A DNA stretch of 64,000 nt from Eimeria praecox (taxonomy: Eukaryota). Below are positions 26,258 to 38,104 of the stretch, piece by piece. The notes under the pieces are model-generated. The model had not been told where the DNA came from, did not search any database, and worked only from the letters and a program-made list of their open reading frames with translations. Where the stretch lies: positions 1,612,001-1,676,000 of the forward strand of contig OY986946.1 of NCBI GenBank assembly GCA_963920595.1. Reading direction: 5' to 3'. A program made the translations under genes and the position numbers. Numbering within the stretch: position 1 is the stretch's first letter; each line of letters begins with the position of its first letter.

Positions 26258-29200
26258 GCTACTGCTGCTGCTGCTGCTACTGCTGCTGCCGCTACTGCTG
26301 CTGCTGCTGCTGTTGCTGGCAAGAGAGACCTCGCTCTCGCCCGAACCTGCGCTTCCCAGCATCATCAGCCGGCGGCGGTGCGCTGAAAGCCTTGGGGAAT
26401 CCGCTGCTCCTAAGACAGCGGCAGCAGCAGGCGTTATGGGTGCTGCAGGAGCTGCCTCGTTATCTCTGCGGAAGTGCATGAGCAGGTGGGACTGCTGTCT
26501 GACTGCAACGTTAGAAAGAGAAATACAGAAGGACCATTCGCTGCTATCGCGGCCAGCTGCATCTTGTCTGTTCAACAAATCTAAAGCAGCGCACAAGTTG
26601 AAGAGCTCTACTGATAGAAAAGCCTTCTCAACTGCAGTGTCTGTCCGCAGGTAGCCTGATCCCCCCACCCCTGCAACAGCACCGGCGGCTCCTGTTGCTG
26701 CTGGGTCGCCTGCTGCTACTGCTGCCGCCAAGGCTGACGGGGGCGGAGGCTGCGGGAAGTCGGGGGGAAAGCACTTCGACGCCTCTTTGGGGGAGTACCC
26801 GATGGCCTTGATGGATTTGGCCTCTCTCAGCACATCCGCTGTCTCTTTTTCTGGCTCCTCCAGCGTCTCATGATCGTTCTTTAAGCAAATGCTGAATCGC
26901 TCCAACTCAAATGTCAGCACATACTTCGTAGGCAAAGACACACTTTGCATCAACTCATCCGACTGCACCAGACGCAAAAAGCAGCACAAACGCACACCAG
27001 CGGTAGCCGTAGCTTGGGTTCTTCCCTAGGGTTTAGGGTTCAGGGTGTCTTTCGGCTGCAGTACGTGAAGCGACAGGCACAGAAAAATTGGAAAGACAGG
27101 AGTTGCAGTATCTCCACAGCAGTCATAGACACTGGCGTTATTAGTTAGCAAGCAACAGTGTGCAGCAGCAACGCAGAAGTGGGGAGGAAACGCATGCAAG
27201 GGGCCTGCACCAACTGAGCAGCGACTACAACCACAGCCCTAAAGAATTACCTGAACGGCATCCACGATGAGTTGTATGTCTTCACTCGTCAGCAGAGGAG
27301 CTTCTGTATCTCCCCCTGCAACTGCTTGAGCCCCTTCTCCTGCTGCGGGTGGCTGCTGCTGCTGCTGTTGCGGCTGCTGCTGTTGCTGAGCCCCTGCCTG
27401 GCGCCCAGTCACCCACTGCCACCAACTCTGCTGCTGCTGACGAGGGAGCTGGCGTTGTTGCTGCAGCAGCTGCTGCTGTTGCTGCTGCTGCAATAGTTGT
27501 GTCTGCTGCAGGACACGGTTCGTCGCTTCCGTGCAGATGTTCCGCCACTTCGCCAGCTGAACGCCACAGCAGCCCATACTCCAACACGGATGCATGCGCA
27601 TGCAAAGGTGCACGCATGCATGCATGCATGCATGCATACATACATACATACATGCACGAATGCAATTATAAACCCTATTTCACGACACCGTCTCTAGCAG
27701 CACGTGATGCCGCTAACAGTAAGGCAAAGCAAACTGATCAACAGAGCCAACAGAGACAGATGAAGAGACAGACAAACACCCACGGCAGCCACTATGGCAC
27801 CAAGCAGCAACGGAGAGGGCACCAGCAAAACGAAAAACGATGAAGCATAGACAGACAGATATACAAGCGCCTCCGTAGGTAGAAACGCGCAAACCCACCT
27901 CCCTGCTCTCACCAGTAACCCATGACAGCCACAAGCACTATCCGGAGGTAAGTGTCTTTCTAAAACCCCAAACCCTAAACCCTAAACCCCTTAAACCCTG
28001 CACCCTAAAGCATCAAATGAACTCACATGTCTGACACCAACGACATCGTGAAGCGTAAGCAGCCTCTGTTGTTCCATGTAGGTGAGGGGGGCAACGCCCC
28101 TGACGCCGGCCTCTGCCTGCAGTTGACGGCTGTAGAGGCCGATGAACTCTCTCTGTGTTTTACCTTCCAACCCCTCTGTCCCCAGCATGACGGTGTGGGC
28201 CTGGCGGAGCAGCAACTGCTCACAGCGCTGTCTCCTTTGCGCTGCCTCGTTGGATATGGCTAGCAAGGCCTCTAAGTGTGATCTGCTGATCTCTATACCT
28301 TGACTCTCCCGCAGCACCTCAAGCCTCGCCTCCAACTCCTGCTGCTCCGCTGCATGCGACAGAGTCAAACGCACATGCAGCGGCTTCAGCACGTACTGAC
28401 TGCGGCTTCCAACGTCGCTACCCCCCTCCGGTCGAGGCCAAGAGAAAGACGCAGCGCCTTCGCCGCTCCCCTTCGTCGAAGCTCCTCCTGCTTCTCCCCC
28501 TGTGGCTCGCGCTGCTGCTGCTGCTGCTGCGGTTGTCGCTGCTGCTGCTGCAGTTCCTGCTACGGACGGGATGACTCCAGCTGCATCTTGGGGCTGCGGC
28601 TGACTGACGAATGTCTCCCCCCGAGACTCCTCGCCCCTATCACCAACAAATTTGCTGCCTTCGAAGCTGCCGGGGGCTTCCAATGTCGCTGCAGGTCCTA
28701 CAGAGAGAGTTTCAGTATCCTGCGCATGCACGCACGCACTGCATGCAAACAGCATACATACCCTACGCCGCCCCAGCACCGCTGCAGCCGCACCAAGCAG
28801 AGTCAGCCAGTTCACCGCTAACAGCAAATGGCAGCTTAAGAGACAAAAGGCATACCTTATGGGAGGAGGACTGCCGCTCCACACTATCCCCTGCTGCTGC
28901 CGTCCCCTGTCCTGTCGTTGAAGAAGATACGAGAGGGGCCCCCTCTAGTGGGGGGCCCCCATCCTGGGGGCCCCTGCCGCAAGCAGCTTCAGCAGCCTTC
29001 GTGGAAGCACCTTCGCCCTGCTGCCCTTCTGCTGCTAATGATGCATGCGCTGCTGCTGCTGCTGCTGCTGCGAAGCCACCAGGAGGCGGGCAGGCGGGGG
29101 GAGGCGGTGGTTCAGATGGAGGCGGTGGAGGGATTGTAGGCAGCGGCAGCGTAGTGGGCAAAGATTGCTGCTGCTGCAGCACAGGCTGCTGCTGCTGCTG

Positions 29201-29968
29201 CTGCTGCTGTTGGTTTTGTTGCTGCCGCCGACTTCCTTTCTGCTGCTTGGGTTGCTGGGAGTTGGCCCCGTCTAGAGCGCAATAGATGGCGAGGCCGCTG
29301 AGTTCGCAGGCCTTATAGAAAGCCTGTCGTTTCTGCTGCTGCTGCTGTTGCTGCTGCTCGTGTCGCCTCCAAGCTGCATCGGTGTTGTGTATGGACGCCT
29401 GAGTCAGGAGCAGGCCTACAGAGAAGCCCCTGGCAGGGTCTACGAGGGCAATATGGACATCCCTGATATCGACTAAGAGGTTGCTGAGTATTTTGTTAAC
29501 AAAGCGGAAGAAAAAACCTCCGTCTCCCTCCTTGCTGCTGCTGCTGCTGCTACCTGCAGCAGCATGTTGCTGCTGCTGTTCTGCTAGCCGGAGTCTGGCA
29601 TCATGCATCTGAAGCTCGCACGCCTCGACCTGTCTGTTCTTGGCCTGGCGAAGTTGTTGAATGAGTTGCTCATCGCTTTGCTCCGGTATGGGTTTGGGGT
29701 GCAGCAGCACATGCAGCCCCGCTACTTCTAAACAGACAGGTGATGTGCCCAGTCTTGACCAGGGGATTGTCAGCTTGATCTTCTGCACGCGGCCCCACAC
29801 AACACGGAAGGGGATACCTAGGAGGTCGGAGACCTCAGGCTTTACTTGCAAGTCTTCTAGTTCTACATTGCCGCTCCAAACCGCTACAGACAACTTGTCT
29901 CGGCTTATTCCTCGCACGTACTGAGCCAGGTAGCGACTCAACAGCCGCTCCACCACAGCCTCCAGCAT
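9642..29968 (-). CDS. VPS13: VPS13-family bridge-like lipid transfer protein (about 19 exons)
   Basis: Chorein-N start MLEAVVERLLSRYLAQYVRGISRDKLSVAVWSGNVELEDLQVKP..GIPFRVVWGRVQKIKLTIPWSRL; GCWEPFIE motif; VAB-like repeats; IQIDNQ; C-terminal KPIEGAQREGVGGFFKGIGKGIVGSLVKP..RRKPR..IRPYD followed by a PH-like last exon ending at TAG 9642. Large exons 29968-28856, 28719-28027, 27556-27251, 26962-24665, 24290-20009, 19786-17525, 17256-16373, 16116-15469, several small ones, then 11047-10446 and 10212-9642. Confidence 0.93.
27590..27662. repeat. TGCATGCA/CATA tandem array in a VPS13 intron
   Basis: gcatgcatgcatgcatgcatgcatacatacatac visible near the acceptor at 27557. Confidence 0.9.
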
Positions 29969-32378
29969 CTCGCCTTCGCCTCAGCGGCTTCCCAACACAC
30001 AGGAACGCCGGAGGGAGGCCTGAGGCTCTTCAGGCACCGAAGGTAGCCAATAAAGAGGTCGAGATGTGCATTTTCTCGCAGCAAACAACCCGCATGCGCA
30101 TACACCCTCCACTATCAAAACACCAATCCCAACCCCCAAATCTCAGTAATGAAACCCAGGACAGCAGTCAACAACAAATATGACATCCATGTGGCAGTGC
30201 TAACAGCCACGGAGATGTTGCTGCCGCAGGCAATGGCTCTGTTGCTGTTGCTGCTACCCGGAGAGGCAAAACGTGGGGTCCCCGCCCTTGCAGAGCAGCG
30301 AGTTCAAAGCAGCACAGCAGCTTCTGCCTGGCGTGTGTATTGTACAGCAGTTTGGCAGGAAGAAAGGAGGAAAAGGGATAGCAGGAATGCAAGGAGATGC
30401 CGTGGTGGCTCAACTGTGAGTTGCTGTACAGCTTGCGGAGCAGCCGACTGATTGAAAGGGAGCAGAGAGCCCCTTGAAAGTCTAAGGTCAGACATAGGCG
30501 GCTGCCTTCGACAGCCAGGAACAATCTGAAAACGAGGAGGCCCTTGTACGCAGTCTTTCTGCATTCGTTCAATAACTACACAGGCCGCAATGCTACTGTG
30601 TAATAGCGGAACCCGGAGCTGAGATAGGAATCGTTCCAGATGTATGAACAACAGCAGCAACCGGTCAAGCTTTAAAGATAAAAAGTTGCCGGGTTTAAGA
30701 GTTGTGGCTCTAGGGAAGCTACAGACCCATCGCAGCATGCAACACAAGCCGCTCGCCCTCGTAAACCTGCCGCCTGTTGCTTGTCCAGTGCTAACACCAT
30801 GAACGTTTGACTGTCTTTATTGGAAGATTTTGCGAATTAATAAACCCTTTAAAAGGTATTAGATCAATTACACTAGCACAAATGAAGCGGGAAGGCGTAC
30901 GATTTCAGAGAGCCCGCGCTCTCGACAGCTGCAATCGTTGGCTGGCCGCAGCCTCAATGTCGTTGTTTGTTGTCTTTCCGTTATTGTATGCACAGCAAAT
31001 GAAACTTCGCATGCAAAAGTGATTCAAATGGTGAGGGGTTGTCCAAACACCAAAACAATATGTCATAGCTTACCAGGAACTTGTGCGTGGGGGCATGGCA
31101 AACCTGCAAGCACCGGAAGGCTATTGTAGTCTCCTTTCTATGAGCCGGTCAATAAAAGATGTTTATGAACATATTTGATAAATAAACAAGAGGCGTAACA
31201 CATTCCTAGAACGTTTCAGGCCACGCGTGCGGCCACCAAGGGGGGAAATCCGTCCCGCCTGGGGGAACGTGGCTTGTGCAGTGTCTGGTTATTATTCGGA
31301 AGATGTGTTCATATCTTCACTAATGGAATGCAACTGGAGGTAGCTGCATTAAGAGTTGCGTGCTGCCGAGTTTCTCTTCTTCAGAGGAAGCATCCGTACA
31401 TAACCAGCCTGCAGCTAGGCACTACTGCTGGAAAGGCCCTTACTAACTAACTCGACCTTACGTTATCTATGAGGGCTTCTGCAAATTCTCAGTTACACCT
31501 CACGATGAAGAGCGAAATAACAGGTAGAATGACATCACAAAAAAGCCGATTGGTGCGGATATTAACGCAAGGAAGCGCCGTTGAGCCTTGGGAACAGAGG
31601 AAATAAGCAAGAGGGCGGACGGTACCACGTTTCTTGAAGCCGTAACAATCTTGTGTTTTGTAATCGGTACAAAGTGCGCGGCATACAGTTTCTACTTGGA
31701 AGTTTTTCCTTTCCCTTTGTGCCCTCATGCTGCGGTCTGGCGGTATTTGCACCCACACTGCCAGGCCTCAGAAACAAATGCAGTTGAAGGAAATTCCAGG
31801 GGAGTTCTATGGCACAGCTCCTTGCAACCATTCCATGTTCCATATTCGTTTTGCAGGCTCATATGTGTATATTCAAATGCTCCCTTGGTTCTATGTTGCT
31901 AGATCGAACTAATCACGATTGAGCAAGCCGATGATTGATAGCTGTTCAAGCACTTCATGCGATCGTAAGCACCTACGGAGCATGGCTAACGCATGAAGAG
32001 GGAAGGTATTGCTTGAAATCTTTTTTTTTCAGCTGCACACTTCCCTTGGTTCTCGTAAGAAGGAAAGGCGGCAGGGCAGGGAATTGCTGCTACTCAGTTT
32101 ACAAAGCCCCAGGCACAACTGCTGCCGGCTGCAGCCTCCGCCCTCGAGGGGCGTTGTCTTGAATTCTATAAGCTTCAATCCTAGAATCTCGTAGAAAGAC
32201 CCTTAAAGGCGGCACTGGGTTGTGTTTCATTTTGCAGGTTCCAGTGGTAGGCTCCAGTAGTTCCTCCCTGCCTTGGCGTGGCTGTGCTAGACTTCTCTGT
32301 GTGAGAAACACGCTTAGCCTCTAGAAACTTTTGCGCATTGAAGCACGCCACTACTGGCTTGGCTATAAAGGGAAAACA

Positions 32379-32718
32379 CTAACGAGTGTCGCCCGCTCGA
32401 GCATTAAAAGGGAACCTTCTAAGCTGCTGTGGCCTTTTTGCTATGTTGGATTTCGGTAGCAAAGTGCTGGAGTCGTACACTTCACTTTGGCAGGGCTTGG
32501 GCGTAGGAAGGGCATCACGATGTCTTCTAGCTGAAGTTCCTTGTTTGAAAGCCTCTTCACTGTTATGTAGCTCCCCTTCATCTGTGGCACGGATAGGGCT
32601 TCGAAGAAGCTGAGGCAAGGGGGTATCCAAGTCCTTTATTTTCCGCCTGAAGTACTGCAGTTGCTTCTCGCTGCTCCTTCTAACCTCCTTTGAAGTTGTG
32701 CGCGCCCGGCCTGCTGCC
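32379..32718 (-). other. Possible exon of an unidentified gene
   Basis: Stop-free non-repetitive frame after a tgtag acceptor (AAGRARTTSKEVRRSSEKQLQYFRRKIKDLDTPLPQLL...); no family recognised and no flanking exons resolved. Confidence 0.25.
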
Positions 32719-34625
32719 TACATCGTGGAACCCCCCCCACCCAAAACCCACCCATGCAAATAGGAGCGCCAAGACTTCGTAGGTGTGTCATGGAGCTTCG
32801 TCGCATTTTCCCCAGGGGTATTCATGGGGGCTAACCTTGAAGCCCCAGATTTCTTTGAGTAGCCGGAAGGTAACGCACCCAATTCCTTTCATGCTTCTGA
32901 AATCCGGCGGCATATGGTCCAACCAGGCTGAAAGAGCTTGTAGGGTGGCGTATGCAGAGGTGGTAGCGCTTCTTAGCTAGCTTAGCTTTAGCTGCATTGT
33001 GCCCATTCGTTGAGCTTACATTGCTCTATCCGCTAAAGGGGCTTTTGAATCAATTGAATTCAAGTTTTGGAAGGCTGCGCTTCCAGGATGTAACGCGAAG
33101 CTCTATCTACAGTTTTGTCAATTCATCAGCTGTTGCACTGCAAGCTGCAACTGGCGTTCTACAGGCGCTAAGTATGCGAGTTGAGAAACTTCTGTGCCCT
33201 ACTAATCTTCTGTAGCTGCATATTTCCGTCCCCCTAGGACAGAACATCTCTCATTCCAAGCGCATGTGCCAGTTGCACGTATGCGCTGAGCACAGTTTCA
33301 CGTTAACCTGTTGCAGTCTGTAGGTTCAAACGAAGTGGTCATTGCTTCTTTGCCCCTTCGACACAGAGGAGTGCATGACGGCTTCTACCCGAGTGCTTTT
33401 TTCAAATTCAGGAATGCCTTGCACCATTGCATTGATTGCTTGAATCAATGCACTTTGGCAGGCCTTTTTTTGCTTGGTTGTGCCTCAGCCTCTTCCTGTC
33501 CGAATCCCGTCGTTACTGGAAGATATATAAGGACTCAGTGAACATCTTCGTCCTGTTTATCAAACGGAATGGGGGTTGTATTAACAAAAGTATCGGCCTG
33601 TGGAGAGTGAATCTACAGAGGTGAGTTGCCTACGGGCGAGCACACTCCCCAAAACAGCAAAGCCTTAAAGGAAGCTTTAACCTGGCCACTAGGTGTGCTG
33701 GGCAACACCCACAAATGAGTACGCGTAGGAGTGCATGTATAGAGACTGCAGCTTGTCCGCTGACGTTTCAACATGTTTATGGGGCAACGAGGCTGCGAGG
33801 TCACCTGTAAGGAACCCCATGTTGGTTTTACGCGTGGCATTTCGTCACCTTTTACTATTTTTAGTCCTTCAAATGCTTGAATTGTTTTATCGTGGCACAT
33901 ACTGATCTGAAGACTAAGACAGAAGGCTCTCGTACTGCAGTTCCCACAATTACCACAATCATCAGCAAAGTTGTCGCCACAACGGTACGTTCGCAAATGT
34001 GGCTACTTGAATGTTTTTGCCTGGAATTTGCGTACTAAACACCTTCTAATACTTTATTCGGCTGCATGCATTTGCAGCTTTTATTTTTTCAGGTTTATTT
34101 AGGTTTCCCCTTGGAATGAAACGAATGCAGCCGCATTGGAGCCAAACTCGTGCCGATGTCTCCGCCTCAGCAATCCGCTCCGGCGCCACTAGAAGTGGAC
34201 AAAAGCAGTAAACTCGCCATAAATGAAATATTTGACACCGAAAAATTAAATTTTGTTTCACAACACCGCTTTCTTGAGCAGCATCCCCACACGTAACAGG
34301 CCCCACGGCCAGTTAACGGCGGAGCTGCAGCCGAGCAGGAGAGCAACAGAGCAGCAGGGGGCTTGCGGGCGACAGTTGCTGGTATATACGCATTAAAAAT
34401 GAGCTTTTGTTATCTTGACGGGGGAGGGTTTACTTGAGGGCTGTGTGGTGGTAGGAGGAGCCCTCTTGAAGCCAGTCAGATGATTTTCCCCCAGCTTTCC
34501 CGTCGCATCACTGAGGCTTCGTGAAGCAGCAGCTCCAGCAGGAGGAACTCTCAGGCGCCTTCTGACAGTGTCTCTCCTGGCTTACACCTTTGTTGTTGCG
34601 GCGATCCTTACGTCTTTCCCTCCCC

Positions 34626-37084
34626 ATGGCAGCCAAGCTCCTAACCGCCGCTGTGTGCTGTATAGCACTGGCGGCCGCCGCCGCATGGCAGGTAAGCCAC
34701 GGCCCCCTGTGTAGTCCAGTACGCTTCCCTCAGTGCTATATTAGCTCTGTGAAGGCACAGATTTGCAGCCCATCAGTGTTTCGGTGGGCGCAGAGGAACG
34801 GTAGAGCTGAAGTTTCAAGCTTTGCGCAGAATTGCACTAGTTGATAGGGTTGGCGCCAGCTCGGCATAGGTTTGGGGGCAGAAGATGAGGGTTGTTTAGG
34901 CGCCTCCATCGTATGACTGCCTCACCTACTCCCCGTAAGCCAACTATTTGGTATATGATTGCTCCCTTGTCCTCGCAGCGCCTGTTCTACACCGACCTTT
35001 CTCTAGTGGAGAATCTGTATACAGTCATGGCGTACCTTATGGCCCGGCCCCAGTACCTCGCACATCTCCATGACATAGCGCATTTTCGAGAGCGTTCAGA
35101 CGTGTGAGGGTTTTTTTTAGCACGAATCGATGAAATGAATTACTGCCTTTCAGCTCTTGCTGATGCTGCTGATGTAGCAGCCTCCCGTTGTCACGCAAAG
35201 TCGAGGTATCAGCACAGTCGTGTTCCTACTCTGCGTGCATTCATTGCGAATCGCGTAAACTGCGCTTGTGCTGTGCTTGTCTTGCGCTGCCGGCCTGTAG
35301 GGCCATGGGCGACTTCATGATGCGCGTGTCCCAGCCTGTCGCCTTTCGTGTTTCGTTGACTCTAGAGGCTTCCTACGAGTCTCACGCTGAAGAGGATGGG
35401 GTTGAAGACTGGGCAGCAGCTCCAAAGAATCCCCCGGACATTCTAACGTACGATGAAGTGTATGTCAAGCGCAAGCTGCAACCCCCTACCGACCCTGAAT
35501 CAGTTATTATTGACCGGCCCCATTCCTTTGCCCCCGAAATTCCACCCCAGCTGCTGCCGCACCATCCCTTGGATGCTTCTGCCTCCCCTTCACTCGATAA
35601 GACCCAAAATGCTCAGCAACTGAACACCATCGGCCTACGCCTCTATACGCCAGCCACGTGTTCTGGGGCGCCAGATTTGCCTTCATCGCCTCACGCATCC
35701 GCTGCCTGCAAAGAATTCCATTGGCAACTTCTCCGCGCAACTCGCAAAGCTGTGGGAATTGACGGCATTTATGCTTTCGACGTGAAGAGTGAGGCGATTA
35801 ACTTGGAAGGGTTGGAGCAGATCCCTCCGCACAAGGAACAGCAGGTGTGCCATCGCCTCTCACAAGCTGAGGCGTGTTGAATGCACAATACACAGAAGGT
35901 GGTGTCGTATATAGCGTGGCAGCAGCATCGCAGGGTTGCTGGGAAAGATGCATAGGGCTGAGATGTATGGATGGCTTTTGCTGGGTTGAGTGCTAGACTG
36001 CGCAGAAGCAACGGTCCCCTGTCTTATTCTTCCTGCATGGCGGGGGTTTGATAGGGCTGTCGACAACTGCTTATGACAAACTTATACGCCGTATGACAAA
36101 CCTTCTAGGAGCTGCTAACGGCGTTCTCATCTCCATCGACTACAGGCAAGAAACACTTCTGCGAAGCGAAAGCCTACGAATGAGTCACATGCAATGAAAA
36201 ACAGCGGTCGACACCCCCGCCCCTTCAATATAGCCACTGACGCCAGTCAAACCCCAAGAAAGCATCCAAGTCTGGAAGGTTCTGTTTCAGTGGACACTCC
36301 AAGCTACACTATTATGAACATCGCGGGCACCAGACCGGCTGTACCTGCCTCAGCATTTCGAACAAGACTGTGAAGCCGAACGCTGATGTTTTCAAGTGTG
36401 CTGCAACTCAGACTTTCACCAGAGCACAAGTTTCCAATCCCCATGGAAGACTGTCTCTACGCAATTAGTTTCGTAGTTGATCATGCAGAAGAGTTTGGCA
36501 TCGACACCAGCAAGTGCGCCCCCAATGAAGCGGCTTGAGCGGCTCTCGCGGCACATCCGCCTTTAACTAATGAACAAAGGCTCCTAGTTCAAAAGTTTGT
36601 CGTTGAAGTTAGGTGGCAGGCAGTAGATACGTCGTCTCTCTCTCTCCAGTCTTCCGAGGTGATCAGCGTGGATTCTACTGATGCGCTGCTCTGAATGCTT
36701 TGCAGAATTGCGTTGATTGGAGACAGCGCCGGTGGCGCTTTGGTTGTCTCCGTCTTGGGGGAGGCGCTGAGGCTACCGCAGAGATACCCATGGGTCCGCA
36801 ACGTCCGACATGCATCTCTCGTATATCCCTCGCTTTGCCGGGGATGCCCCACCAGAAGCCACCTCCTGTACGCCTGGCTGCAGCTGCTGCTGTCCATCCC
36901 ATCTACCCCAGAGGCGAACGAGCTGCAGGGGATACACCACATTGCTTCATCGCCGCAGCTTTCTTTACAGCAGCCTAACCAGGGGTCTTGCAGTCCCGCC
37001 AGGGTGCTGGCAAGCCCCCATATGCTTCCCTTAATTTACTGGAATACGCATGGCACTGGTGTTAAGCAAAATTATATCTGGCAT

Positions 37085-37140
<56 letters not shown>

Positions 37141-38104
37141 ACAGGGAAATGGGTGTATGCGTTTGCTGTTTGTAGGTACGGCAACGCGCACACCCTTAAG
37201 AGCGACATATGGTTCGCCTTTGCAGTGAGTCTGTTTCACCAGACGAGCAAACTCGTGAACGAATCCACGATTGACCTAAGTAATGATAGCCTGTGCAGCG
37301 AGGACTTATTCTCGATGTAGGAAATAATGAGTAAGGGGCTTGAACTCAAGAAGAGGACTATCGCTTGCTTTCTGCTAAAGTGTCTCCGCAGCATACGCCG
37401 ACGCTTGGTCCCGTTTGGGATTGGAGACAAATGCCATTTGCCATCCCTTCGACAATTCTCTCACGGTTTCCCCCTATTAGTTTAGGTGCGGGTGATAGGC
37501 TCCCTTGTTTTTCATTTCGTCTGCATTCCTCACGCTTGCGTATTCAGGGAACTTCTAAGGGCTCTAACATCTTCGCTTTCCTCTGTTTCTTGCAGTTCTC
37601 TTCACTCATGACATACAATATGAAACGGGCGTCCTATTCCATGAAAGACTCCGAAGAGCCGGCGTCCAGACAAGTTTGTTCATCGCTCCCGGTGAGCCAA
37701 TGCTGATGCCTTTGTTTCTCCATGGTCTGCTCATCCTTAGTGAGCGATTGATCCTTCTCTCATCTTCTTTGCAGTGCATCTTCACAATAAAGACGCAGCT
37801 GGGCTTGTGAATTAGTCTGTGTATTGAAGACGGTACTACTTCCCACAACTGAAACCTCACATCCTAAAGTCTGTTCTTTCAACACGCATGAACATGGGGT
37901 TTTATTTCACTTGTTTTTGTCTTTCCTGTAGGGATGCATGCCTTCTTTGGGTCGGATTGCTGGAGTTCCTTTGGTGTGCAATCAGTTGAATGGGCGGTTC
38001 AGCGCATTTTGAGTCATATGAATACCGCCTCTGTGGGCCAGCATGCTGTGACGGAGGTGAAAAATAGCAGGGGTGATGAAAACAGTGAGGAAATCACAAC
38101 ATGA
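34626..38104 (+). CDS. Alpha/beta hydrolase, hormone-sensitive-lipase (GDSAG) family esterase with an N-terminal hydrophobic signal/anchor
   Basis: Exons 34626-34691, 34979-35103, 35301-35844, 36006-36145, 36412-36513, 36706-36867, 37176-37224, 37392-37485, 37596-37691, 37932-38104. Motifs LRLYTP, FLHGGG, IDYRLSPEHKFP, IGDSAGG (Ser), THD (Asp), GMHAF (His). Confidence 0.9.

Noticed and set aside
17662..29924. Numerous plus-strand ORFs antisense to VPS13
   Set aside because: Shadow frames of GC-rich, CAG-rich coding sequence with no recognisable motifs.
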